Source: Auanema rhodensis (lineage: Eukaryota; Animalia; Nematoda). Taken from it: 64,000 bases of DNA. The notes beneath the pieces are model-generated. The model had not been told where the DNA came from. It searched no databases and was given only the letters and a program-made list of their open reading frames with translations. The position numbers and the translations under genes are program-made. Shown here one piece after another: positions 38,561-52,210 of the stretch. How positions within the stretch are numbered: position 1 is the first letter of the stretch; each line of letters opens with the position of its first letter. The DNA lies in assembly GCA_964057225.1 (NCBI GenBank), contig OZ059896.1, positions 4,154,001 to 4,218,000 of the forward strand, given 5' to 3'.

Positions 38561-39440
38561 TTCACGTAAATTTCAAAGTCATGGTTACCATGCACCAATA
38601 TCAATAAAAATTTGTTTTTAGACTAATATGGACATGGTGAATCTAATTTTGAAAACCGCATCTCTTTATCTTTCACGTGAAGCGAGTTACATACCAAGTG
38701 CACATCACGTGTACATTTAATTAGAATAAATTAAAGTTCACGTAAATTTCAAAGTCATGATTACCATGAACCAATATCAATAAAAATTTGTTTTTAGACT
38801 AATATGGACATGGGGAATCTAATTTTGAAAACCGCATCTCTTTATCTTTCACGTGAAGCGAGTTACATACCTAGTGCACATCACGTGTACATTTAATTAG
38901 CATGAATTAAAGTTCACGTAAATTTCAAAGTCATGGTTACCATGAACCAATATCAATGAAAATTTGTTTTTAGACTAATATGGACATGGGGAATCTAATT
39001 TTGAAAACCGCATCTCTTTATCTTTCACGTGAAGCGAGTTACATACCAAGTGCACATCACGTGTACATTTAATTAGCATAAATTAAAGTTCACGTAAATT
39101 TCAAAGTCATGGTTACCATGCACCAATATCAATAAAAATTTGTTTTTAGACTAATATGGACATGGGGAATCTAATTTTGAAAACCGCATCTCTTTATCTT
39201 TCACGTGAAGCGAGTTACATACCAAGTGCACATCACGTGTACATTTAATTAGCATAAATTAAAGTTCACGTAAATTTCAAAGTCATGGTTACCATGAACC
39301 AATATCAATAAAAATTTGTTTTTAGACTAATATGGACATGGGGAATCTAATTTTGAAAACCGCATCTCTTTATCTTTCACGTGAAGCGAGTTACATACCA
39401 AGTGCACATCACGTGTACATTTAATTAGCATAAATTAAAG

Positions 39441-42400
39441 TTCACGTAAATTTCAAAGTCATGGTTACCATGCACCAATATTAATAAAAATTCGTTTTTA
39501 GACTAATATGGACATGGGGAATCTAATTTCGAAAACCGCATCTCTTTATCTTTCACGTGAAGCGAGTTACATACCAAGTGCACATCACGTGTACATTCAA
39601 TTAGCATAAATTAAAGTTCACGTTAATTTCAAAGTCATGGTTAGCATGAACCAATATCAATAAAAATTTGTTTTTAGACTAATATGGACATGGGGAATCT
39701 AATTTTGAAAACCGCATCTCTTTATCTTTCACGTGAAGCGAGTTACATTCCAGGTGCACATCACGTGTACATTTATTTAGCATAAATTAAAGTTCACGTA
39801 AATTTCAAAGTCATGGTTACCATGAATCAATATCAATAAAAATTTGTTTTTAGACTAATATGGACATGGGGAATCTAATTTTGCAAACCGCATCTCTTTA
39901 TCTTTCACGTGAGGCGAGTTACATACCAAGTGCACATCACGTGTACATTTAATTAGCATAAATTAAAGTTCACGTAAATTTCAAAGTCATGGTTACCATG
40001 AACCAATATCAATAAAAATTTGTTTTTAGACTAATATGGACATGGGGAATCTAATTTTGAAAACCGCATCTCTTTATCTTTCACGTGAAGCGAGTTACAT
40101 ACCAAGTGCACATCACGTGTACATTTAATTAGCATAAATTAAAGTTCACGTAAATTTCAAAGTCATGGTTACCATGAACCAATATCAATAAAAATTTGTT
40201 TTTAGACTAATATGGACATGGGGAATCTAATTTTGAAAACCGCATCTCTTTATATTTCACGTGAAGCGAGTTACATACCAAGTGCACATCACGTGTACAT
40301 TTAATTAGCATAAATTAAAGTTCACGTAAATTTCAAAGTCATGGTTACCATGCACCAATATCAATAAAAATTCGTTTTTAGACTAATATGGACATGGTGA
40401 ATCTAATTTTGAAAACCGCATCTCTTTATCTTTCACGTGAAGCGAGTTACATACCAAGTGCACATCACGTGTACATTTAATTAGAATAAATTAAAGTTCA
40501 CGTAAATTTCAAAGTCATGATTACCATGAACCAATATCAATAAAAATTTGTTTTTAGACTAATATGGACATGGGGAATCTAATTTTGAAAACCGCATCTC
40601 TTTATCTTTCACGTGAAGCGAGTTACATACCAAGTGCACATCACGTGTACATTTAATTAGCATAAATTAAAGTTCACGTAAATTTCAAAGTCATGGTTAC
40701 CATGCACCAATATCAATAAAAATTTGTTTTTAGACTAATATGGACATGGGGAATCTAATTTTGAAAACCGCATCTCTTTATCTTTCACGTGAAGCGAGTT
40801 ACATACCAAGTGCACATCACGTGTACATTTAATTAGCATAAATTAAAGTTCACGTAAATTTCAAAATCATGGTTACCATGAACCAATATCAATAAAAATT
40901 TGTTTTTAGACTAATATGGACATGGGGAATCTAATTTTGAAAACCGCATCTCTTTATCTTTCACGTGAAGCGAGTTACATACCAAGTGCACATCACGTGT
41001 ACATTTAATTAGCATAAATTAAAGTTCACGTAAATTTCAAAGTCATGGTTACCATGCACCAATATCAATAAAAATTTGTTTTTAGACTAATATGGACATG
41101 GGGAATCTAATTTCGAAAACCGCATTTCTTTATCTTTCACGTGAAGCGAGTTACATACCAAGTGCACATCACGTGTACATTCAATTAGCATAAATTAAAG
41201 TTCACGTAAATTTCAAAGTCATGGTTAGCATGAACCAATATCAATAAAAATTTGTTTTTAGACTAATATGGACATGGGGAATCTAATTTTGAAAACCGCA
41301 TCTCTTTATCTTTCACGTGAAGCGAGTTACATTCCAGGTGCACATCACGTGTACATTTATTTAGCATAAATTAAAGTTCACGTAAATTTCAAAGTCATGG
41401 TTACCATGAACCAATATCAATAAAAATTTGTTTTTAGACTAATATGGACATGGGGAATCTAATTTTGCAAACCGCATCTCTTTATCTTTCACGTGAAGCG
41501 AGTCACATACCAAGTGCACATCACGTGTACATTCAATTAGCATAAATTAAAGTTCACGTAAATTTCAAAGTCATGGTTACCATGCACCAATATCAATAAA
41601 AATTTGTTTTTAGACTAATATGAACATGGGGAATCTAATTTTGAAAACCGCATCTCTTTATCTTCCACGTGAAGCGAGTTACATACCAAGTGCACATCAC
41701 GTGTACATTTAATTAGCATAAATTAAAGTTCACGTAATTTTCAAAGTCATGGTTACCATGAACCAATATCAATAAAAATTTGTTTTTAGACTAATATGGA
41801 CATGGGGAATCTAATTTTGAGAACCGCATCTATTTATCTTTCACGCGAAGCGAGTTACATACCAAGTGCACATCACGTGTACATTTAATTAGCATAAAGT
41901 AAAGTTCACGTAAATTTCAAAGTCATGGTTACCATGAACCAATATCAATAAAAATTTGTTTTTAGACTCATATGGACATGGGGAATCTAATTTTGAAAAC
42001 CGCATCTCTTTATCTTTCACGTGAGGCGAGTTACATACCAAGTGCACATCACGTGTACATTTAATTAGCATAAGTTAAAGTTCACGTAAATTTCAAAGTC
42101 ATGGTTACCATGCACCAATATCAATAAAAATTTGTTTTTAGACTAATATGGACATGGGGAATCTAATTTTGAAAACCGCATCTCTTTATCTTTCACGTGA
42201 AGCGAGTTACATACCAAGTGCACATCACGTGTACATTTAATTAGCATAAATTAAAGTTCACTTAAATTTCAAAGTCATGGTTACCATGCATCAATATCAA
42301 TAAAATTTTGTTTTTAGACTAATATGGAGATGGGGAATCTAATTTTGAAAACCGCATCTCTTTATCTTTCACGTGAAGCGAGTTACATACCAAGTGCACA

Positions 42401-45400
42401 TCACGTGTACATTTAATTAGCATAAATTAAAGTTCACGTAAATTTCAAACTCATGGTTACCATGCACCAATATCAATAAAAATTTGTTTTTAGACTAATA
42501 TGGACATGGGGAATCTAATTTTGAAAAACGCATCTCTTTATCTTTCACGTGAAGCGAGTTACATACCAAGTGCACATCACGTGTACATTTAATTAGCATA
42601 AATTAAAGTTCACGTAAATTTTAAACTCATGGTTACCATGAACCAATATCAATAAAAATTTGTTTTTAGACTAATATGGACATGGAGAATCTAATTATGA
42701 AAACCGCATCTCTTTATCTTTCACGTGAAGCGAGTTACATACCAAGTGCACATCACGTGTACATTTAATTAGCATAAATTAAAGTTCACGTAAATTTCAA
42801 AGTCATGGTTACCATGCACCAATATCAATAAAATTTTGTTTTTAGACTAATATGGATATGGGGAATCTAATTTTGAAAACCGCATCTCTTTATTTTTCAC
42901 GTGAAGCGAGTTACATACCAAGTGCACATCACGTGTACATTTAATTAGCATAAATTAAAGTTCACTTAAATTTCAAAGTCATGGTTACCATGCATCAATA
43001 TCAATAAAATTTTGTTTTTAGACTAATATGGAGATGGGGAATCTAATTTTGAAAACCGCATCTCTTTATCTTTCACGTGAAGCGAGTTACATACCAAGTG
43101 CACATCACGTGTACATTTAATTAGCATAAATTAAAGTTCACGTAAATTTCAAACTCATGGTTACCATGCACCAATATCAATAAAAATTTGTTTTTAGACT
43201 AATATGGACATGGGGAATCTAATTTTAAAAAACGCATCTCTTTATCTTTCACGTGAAGCGAGTTACATACCAAGTGCACATCACGTGTACATTTAATTAG
43301 CATAAATTAAAGTTCACGTAAATTTCAAAGTCATGGTTACCATGCACCAATATCAATAAAATTTTGTTTTTAGACTAATATGGACATGGGGAATCTAATT
43401 TTGAAAACCGCATCTCTTCATCTTTCACGTGAAGCGAGTTACATACCAAGTGCACATCACGTGTACATTTAATTAGCATAAATTAAAGTTCACGTAAATT
43501 TCAAACTCATGGTTACCATGAACCAATATCAATAAAAATTTGTTTTTAGACTAATATGGACATGGAGAATCTAATTATGAAAACCGCATCTCTTTATCTT
43601 TCACGTGAAGCGAGTTACATACCAAGTGCACATCACGTGTACATTTAATTAGCATAAATTAAAGTTCACGTAAATTTCAAAGTCATGGTTACCATGCACC
43701 AATATTAATAAAAATTCGTTTTTAGACTAATATGGACATGGGGAATCTAATTTCGAAAACCGCATCTCTTTATCTTTCACGTGAAGCGAGTTACATACCA
43801 AGTGCACATCACGTGTACATTCAATTAGCATAAATTAAAGTTCACGTTAATTTCAAAGTCATGGTTAGCATGAACCAATATCAATAAAAATTTGTTTTTA
43901 GACTAATATGGACATGGGGAATCTAATTTTGAAAACCGCATCTCTTTATCTTTCACGTGAAGCGAGTTACATTCCAGGTGCACATCACGTGTACATTTAT
44001 TTAGCATAAATTAAAGTTCACGTAAATTTCAAAGTCATGGTTACCATGAATCAATATCAATAAAAATTTGTTTTTAGACTAATATGGACATGGGGAATCT
44101 AATTTTGCAAACCGCATCTCTTTATCTTTCACGTGAGGCGAGTTACATACCAAGTGCACATCACGTGTACATTTAATTAGCATAAATTAAAGTTCACGTA
44201 AATTTCAAAGTCATGGTTACCATGAACCAATATCAATAAAAATTTGTTTTTAGACTAATATGGACATGGGGAATCTAATTTTGAAAACCGCATCTCTTTA
44301 TCTTTCACGTGAAGCGAGTTACATACCAAGTGCACATCACGTGTACATTTAATTAGCATAAATTAAAGTTCACGTAAATTTCAAAGTCATGGTTACCATG
44401 AACCAATATCAATAAAAATTTGTTTTTAGACTAATATGGACATGGGGAATCTAATTTTGAAAACCGCATCTCTTTATATTTCACGTGAAGCGAGTTACAT
44501 ACCAAGTGCACATCACGTGTACATTTAATTAGCATAAATTAAAGTTCACGTAAATTTCAAAGTCATGGTTACCATGCACCAATATCAATAAAAATTTGTT
44601 TTTAGACTAATATGGACATGGTGAATCTAATTTTGAAAACCGCATCTCTTTATCTTTCACGTGAAGCGAGTTACATACCAAGTGCACATCACGTGTACAT
44701 TTAATTAGAATAAATTAAAGTTCACGTAAATTTCAAAGTCATGATTACCATGAACCAATATCAATAAAAATTTGTTTTTAGACTAATATGGACATGGGGA
44801 ATCTAATTTTGAAAACCGCATCTCTTTATCTTTCACGTGAAGCGAGTTACATACCAAGTGCACATCACGTGTACATTTAATTAGCATAAATTAAAGTTCA
44901 CGTAAATTTCAAAGTCATGGTTACCATGCACCAATATCAATAAAAATTTGTTTTTAGACTAATATGGACATGGGGAATCTAATTTTGAAAACCGCATCTC
45001 TTTATCTTTCACGTGAAGCGAGTTACATACCAAGTGCACATCACGTGTACATTTAATTAGCATAAATTAAAGTTCACGTAAATTTCAAAATCATGGTTAC
45101 CATGAACCAATATCAATAAAAATTTGTTTTTAGACTAATATGGACATGGGGAATCTAATTTTGAAAACCGCATCTCTTTATCTTTCACGTGAAGCGAGTT
45201 ACATACCAAGTGCACATCACGTGTACATTTAATTAGCATAAATTAAAGTTCACGTAAATTTCAAAATCATGGTTACCATGAACCAATATCAATAAAAATT
45301 TGTTTTTAGACTAATATGGACATGGGGAATCTAATTTTGAAAACCGCATCTCTTTATCTTTCACGTGAAGCGAGTTACATACCAAGTGCACATCACGTGT

Positions 45401-47360
45401 ACATTTAATTAGCATAAATTAAAGTTCACGTAAATTTCAAAGTCATGGTTACCATGCACCAATATCAATAAAAATTTGTTTTTAGACTAATATGGACATG
45501 GGGAATCTAATTTCGAAAACCGCATCTCTTTATCTTTCACGTGAAGCGAGTTACATACCAAGTGCACATCACGTGTACATTCAATTAGCATAAATTAAAG
45601 TTCACGTAAATTTCAAAGTCATGGTTAGCATGAACCAATATCAATAAAAATTTGTTTTTAGACTAATATGGACATGGGGAATCTAATTTTGAAAACCGCA
45701 TCTCTTTATCTTTCACGTGAAGCGAGTTACATTCCAGGTGCACATCACGTGTACATTTATTTAGCATAAATTAAAGTTCACGTAAATTTCAAAGTCATGG
45801 TTACCATGAACCAATATCAATAAAAATTTGTTTTTAGACTAATATGGACATGGGGAATCTAATTTTGCAAACCGCATCTCTTTATCTTTCACGTGAAGCG
45901 AGTCACATACCAAGTGCACATCACGTGTACATTCAATTAGCATAAATTAAAGTTCACGTAAATTTCAAAGTCATGGTTACCATGCACCAATATCAATAAA
46001 AATTTGTTTTTAGACTAATATGAACATGGGGAATCTAATTTTGAAAACCGCATCTCTTTATCTTCCACGTGAAGCGAGTTACATACCAAGTGCACATCAC
46101 GTGTACATTTAATTAGCATAAATTAAAGTTCACGTAATTTTCAAAGTCATGGTTACCATGAACCAATATCAATAAAAATTTGTTTTTAGACTAATATGGA
46201 CATGGGGAATCTAATTTTGAGAACCGCATCTATTTATCTTTCACGCGAAGCGAGTTACATACCAAGTGCACATCACGTGTACATTTAATTAGCATAAAGT
46301 AAAGTTCACGTAAATTTCAAAGTCATGGTTACCATGAACCAATATCAATAAAAATTTGTTTTTAGACTCATATGGACATGGGGAATCTAATTTTGAAAAC
46401 CGCATCTCTTTATCTTTCACGTGAGGCGAGTTACATACCAAGTGCACATCACGTGTACATTTAATTAGCATAAGTTAAAGTTCACGTAAATTTCAAAGTC
46501 ATGGTTACCATGCACCAATATCAATAAAAATTTGTTTTTAGACTAATATGGACATGGGGAATCTAATTTTGAAAACCGCATCTCTTTATCTTTCACGTGA
46601 AGCGAGTTACATACCAAGTGCACATCACGTGTACATTTAATTAGCATAAATTAAAGTTCACTTAAATTTCAAAGTCATGGTTACCATGCATCAATATCAA
46701 TAAAATTTTGTTTTTAGACTAATATGGAGATGGGGAATCTAATTTTGAAAACCGCATCTCTTTATCTTTCACGTGAAGCGAGTTACATACCAAGTGCACA
46801 TCACGTGTACATTTAATTAGCATAAATTAAAGTTCACGTAAATTTCAAACTCATGGTTACCATGCACCAATATCAATAAAAATTTGTTTTTAGACTAATA
46901 TGGACATGGGGAATCTAATTTTGAAAAACGCATCTCTTTATCTTTCACGTGAAGCGAGTTACATACCAAGTGCACATCACGTGTACATTTAATTAGCATA
47001 AATTAAAGTTCACGTAAATTTTAAACTCATGGTTACCATGAACCAATATCAATAAAAATTTGTTTTTAGACTAATATGGACATGGAGAATCTAATTATGA
47101 AAACCGCATCTCTTTATCTTTCACGTGAAGCGAGTTACATACCAAGTGCACATCACGTGTACATTTAATTAGCATAAATTAAAGTTCACGTAAATTTCAA
47201 AGTCATGGTTACCATGCACCAATATCAATAAAATTTTGTTTTTAGACTAATATGGATATGGGGAATCTAATTTTGAAAACCGCATCTCTTTATTTTTCAC
47301 GTGAAGCGAGTTACATACCAAGTGCACATCACGTGTACATTTAATTAGCATAAATTAAAG
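39441..47360. repeat. Large tandem duplication in array B with a 24-monomer (4224-bp) period, becoming 25 monomers after an internal extra monomer
   Basis: AATATTAATAAAAATTCG marks monomers 39441 and 43665. The CAAAATCAT monomer is single in copy 1 and doubled in copy 2 (~45073, 45249), after which the offset is 4400 bp, matching the identical ORFs at 41889 and 46289. Confidence 0.9.
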
Positions 47361-47536
47361 TTCACGTAAATTTCAAACTCATGGTTACCATGCACCAATA
47401 TCAATAAAAATTTGTTTTTAGACTAATATGGACATGAGGAATCTAATTTTGAAAACCGCATCTCTTTATCTTCCACGTGAAGCGAGTTACATACCAAGTG
47501 CACATCACGTGTACATTTAATTAGCATAAATTAAAG

Positions 47537-50500
47537 TTCACGTAAATTTCAAACTCATGGTTACCATGAACCAATATCAATAAAAATTTGTTTTTAGACT
47601 AATATGAACATGGAGAATCTAATTATGAAAACCGCATCTCTTTATCTTTCACGTGAAGCGAGTTACATACCAAGTGCACATCACGTGTACATTTAATTAG
47701 CATAAATTAAAGTTCACTTAAATTTCAAAGTCATGGTTACCATGCATCAATATCAATAAAATTTTGTTTTTAGACTAATATGGAGATGGGGAATCTAATT
47801 TTGAAAACCGCATCTCTTTATCTTTCACGTGAAGCGAGTTACATACCAAGTGCACATCACGTGTACATTTAATTAGCATAAATTAAAGTTCACGTAAATT
47901 TCAAACTCATGGTTACCATGCACCAATATCAATAAAAATTTGTTTTTAGACTAATATGGACATGGGGAATCTAATTTTAAAAAACGCATCTCTTTATCTT
48001 TCACGTGAAGCGAGTTACATACCAAGTGCACATCACGTGTACATTTAATTAGCATAAATTAAAGTTCACGTAAATTTCAAAGTCATGGTTACCATGCACC
48101 AATATCAATAAAATTTTGTTTTTAGACTAATATGGACATGGGGAATCTAATTTTGAAAACCGCATCTCTTTATCTTTCACGTGAAGCGAGTTACATACCA
48201 AGTGCACATCACGTGTACATTTAATTAGCATAAATTAAAGTTCACGTAAATTTCAAACTCATGGTTACCATGAACCAATATCAATAAAAATTTGTTTTTA
48301 GACTAATATGGACATGGAGAATCTAATTATGAAAACCGCATCTCTTTATCTTTCACGTGAAGCGAGTTACATACCAAGTGCACATCACGTGTACATTTAA
48401 TTAGCATAAATTAAAGTTCACGTAAATTTCAAAGTCATGGTTACCATGCACCAATATCAATAAAATTTTGTTTTTAGACTAATATGGATATGGGGAATCT
48501 AATTTTGAAAACCGCATCTCTTTATTTTTCACGTGAAGCGAGTTACATACCAAGTGCACATCACGTGTACATTTAATTAGCATAAATTAAAGTTCACGTA
48601 AATTTCAAACTCATGGTTACCATGCACCAATATCAATAAAAATTTGTTTTTAGACTAATATGGACATGAGGAATCTAATTTTGTAAACCGCATCTCTTTA
48701 TCTTCCACGTGAAGCGAGTTACATACCAAGTGCACATCACGTGTACATTTAATTAGCATAAATTAAAGTTCACGTAAATTTCAAACTCATGGTTACCATG
48801 AACCAATATCAATAAAAATTTGTTTTTAGACTAATATGGACATGGAGAATCTAATTATGAAAACCGCATCTCTTTATCTTTCACGTGAAGCGAGTTACAT
48901 ACCAAGTGCACATCACGTGTACATTTAATTAGCATAAATTAAAGTTCACGTAAATTTCAAAGTCATGGTTACCATGCACCAATATCAATAAAATTTTGTT
49001 TTTAGACTAATATGGATATGGGGAATCTAATTTTGAAAACCGCATCTCTTTATTTTTCACGTGAAGCGAGTTACATACCAAGTGCACATCACGTGTACAT
49101 TTAATTAGCATAAATTAAAGTTCACGTAAATTTCAAACTCATGGTTACCATGCACCAATATCAATAAAAATTTGTTTTTAGACTAATATGGACATGAGGA
49201 ATCTAATTTTGAAAACCGCATCTCTTTATCTTCCACGTGAAGCGAGTTACATACCAAGTGCACATCACGTGTACATTTAATTAGCATAAATTAAAGTTCA
49301 CGTAATTTTCAAAGTCATGGTTACCATGAACCAATATCAATAAAAATTTGTTTTTAGACTAATATGGACATGGGGAATCTAATTTTGAAAACCGCATCTA
49401 TTTATCTTTCACGCGAAGCGAGTTACATACCAAGTGCACATCACGTGTACATTTAATTAGCATAAAGTAAAGTTCACGTAAATTTCAAAGTCATGGTTAC
49501 CATGAACCAATATCAATAAAAATTTGTTTTTAGACTCATATGGACATGGGGAATCTAATTTTGAAAACCGCATCTATTTATCTTTCACGCGAAGCGAGTT
49601 ACATACCAAGTGCACATCACGTGTACATTTAATTAGCATAAATTAAAGTTCACGTAAATTTCAAAGTCATGGTTACCATGCACCAATATCAATAAAATTT
49701 TGTTTTTAGACTAATATGGATATGGGGAATCTAATTTTGAAAACCGCATCTCTTTATTTTTCACGTGAAGCGAGTTACATACCAAGTGCACATCACGTGT
49801 ACATTTAATTAGCATAAATTAAAGTTCACGTAAATTTCAAAGTCATGGTTACCATGCACCAATATCAATAAAATTTTGTTTTTAGACTAATATGGATATG
49901 GGGAATCTAATTTTGAAAACCGCATCTCTTTATTTTTCACGTGAAGCGAGTTACATACCAAGTGCACATCACGTGTACATTTAATTAGCATAAATTAAAG
50001 TTCACGTAAATTTCAAAGTCATGGTTACCATGCACCAATATCAATAAAATTTTGTTTTTAGACTAATATGGACATGGGGAATCTAATTTTGAAAACCGCA
50101 TCTCTTTATCTTTCACGTGAAGCGAGTTACATACCAAGTGCACATCACGTGTACATTTAATTAGCATAAATTAAAGTTCACGTAAATTTCAAACTCATGG
50201 TTACCATGAACCAATATCAATAAAAATTTGTTTTTAGACTAATATGAACATGGAGAATCTAATTATGAAAACCGCATCTCTTTATCTTTCACGTGAAGCG
50301 AGTTACATACCAAGTGCACATCACGTGTACATTTAATTAGCATAAATTAAAGTTCACTTAAATTTCAAAGTCATGGTTACCATGCATCAATATCAATAAA
50401 ATTTTGTTTTTAGACTAATATGGAGATGGGGAATCTAATTTTGAAAACCGCATCTCTTTATCTTTCACGTGAAGCGAGTTACATACCAAGTGCACATCAC

Positions 50501-52210
50501 GTGTACATTTAATTAGCATAAATTAAAGTTCACGTAAATTTCAAACTCATGGTTACCATGCACCAATATCAATAAAAATTTGTTTTTAGACTAATATGGA
50601 CATGGGGAATCTAATTTTAAAAAACGCATCTCTTTATCTTTCACGTGAAGCGAGTTACATACCAAGTGCACATCACGTGTACATTTAATTAGCATAAATT
50701 AAAGTTCACGTAAATTTCAAAGTCATGGTTACCATGCACCAATATCAATAAAATTTTGTTTTTAGACTAATATGGACATGGGGAATCTAATTTTGAAAAC
50801 CGCATCTCTTTATCTTTCACGTGAAGCGAGTTACATACCAAGTGCACATCACGTGTACATTTAATTAGCATAAATTAAAGTTCACGTAAATTTCAAACTC
50901 ATGGTTACCATGAACCAATATCAATAAAAATTTGTTTTTAGACTAATATGGACATGGAGAATCTAATTATGAAAACCGCATCTCTTTATCTTTCACGTGA
51001 AGCGAGTTACATACCAAGTGCACATCACGTGTACATTTAATTAGCATAAATTAAAGTTCACGTAAATTTCAAAGTCATGGTTACCATGCACCAATATCAA
51101 TAAAATTTTGTTTTTAGACTAATATGGATATGGGGAATCTAATTTTGAAAACCGCATCTCTTTATTTTTCACGTGAAGCGAGTTACATACCAAGTGCACA
51201 TCACGTGTACATTTAATTAGCATAAATTAAAGTTCACGTAAATTTCAAACTCATGGTTACCATGCACCAATATCAATAAAAATTTGTTTTTAGACTAATA
51301 TGGACATGAGGAATCTAATTTTGTAAACCGCATCTCTTTATCTTCCACGTGAAGCGAGTTACATACCAAGTGCACATCACGTGTACATTTAATTAGCATA
51401 AATTAAAGTTCACGTAAATTTCAAACTCATGGTTACCATGAACCAATATCAATAAAAATTTGTTTTTAGACTAATATGGACATGGAGAATCTAATTATGA
51501 AAACCGCATCTCTTTATCTTTCACGTGAAGCGAGTTACATACCAAGTGCACATCACGTGTACATTTAATTAGCATAAATTAAAGTTCACGTAAATTTCAA
51601 AGTCATGGTTACCATGCACCAATATCAATAAAATTTTGTTTTTAGACTAATATGGATATGGGGAATCTAATTTTGAAAACCGCATCTCTTTATTTTTCAC
51701 GTGAAGCGAGTTACATACCAAGTGCACATCACGTGTACATTTAATTAGCATAAATTAAAGTTCACGTAAATTTCAAACTCATGGTTACCATGCACCAATA
51801 TCAATAAAAATTTGTTTTTAGACTAATATGGACATGAGGAATCTAATTTTGAAAACCGCATCTCTTTATCTTCCACGTGAAGCGAGTTACATACCAAGTG
51901 CACATCACGTGTACATTTAATTAGCATAAATTAAAGTTCACGTAATTTTCAAAGTCATGGTTACCATGAACCAATATCAATAAAAATTTGTTTTTAGACT
52001 AATATGGACATGGGGAATCTAATTTTGAAAACCGCATCTATTTATCTTTCACGCGAAGCGAGTTACATACCAAGTGCACATCACGTGTACATTTAATTAG
52101 CATAAAGTAAAGTTCACGTAAATTTCAAAGTCATGGTTACCATGAACCAATATCAATAAAAATTTGTTTTTAGACTCATATGGACATGGGGAATCTAATT
52201 TTGAAAACCG
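47537..52210. repeat. ~11.5-monomer block of array B repeated at a 15-monomer (2640-bp) offset, containing a tandem 3-mer (528 bp)
   Basis: 47537-~49570 matches 50177-~52210 (TGAACATGGAGA, TTTGTAAACC at ~48680/51320, GACTCATA). The internal trimer GGAGA/ATTATG, GATATG/TATTTTT, GAGGA/TTCCA is repeated at 48241 and 48769. Confidence 0.9.
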
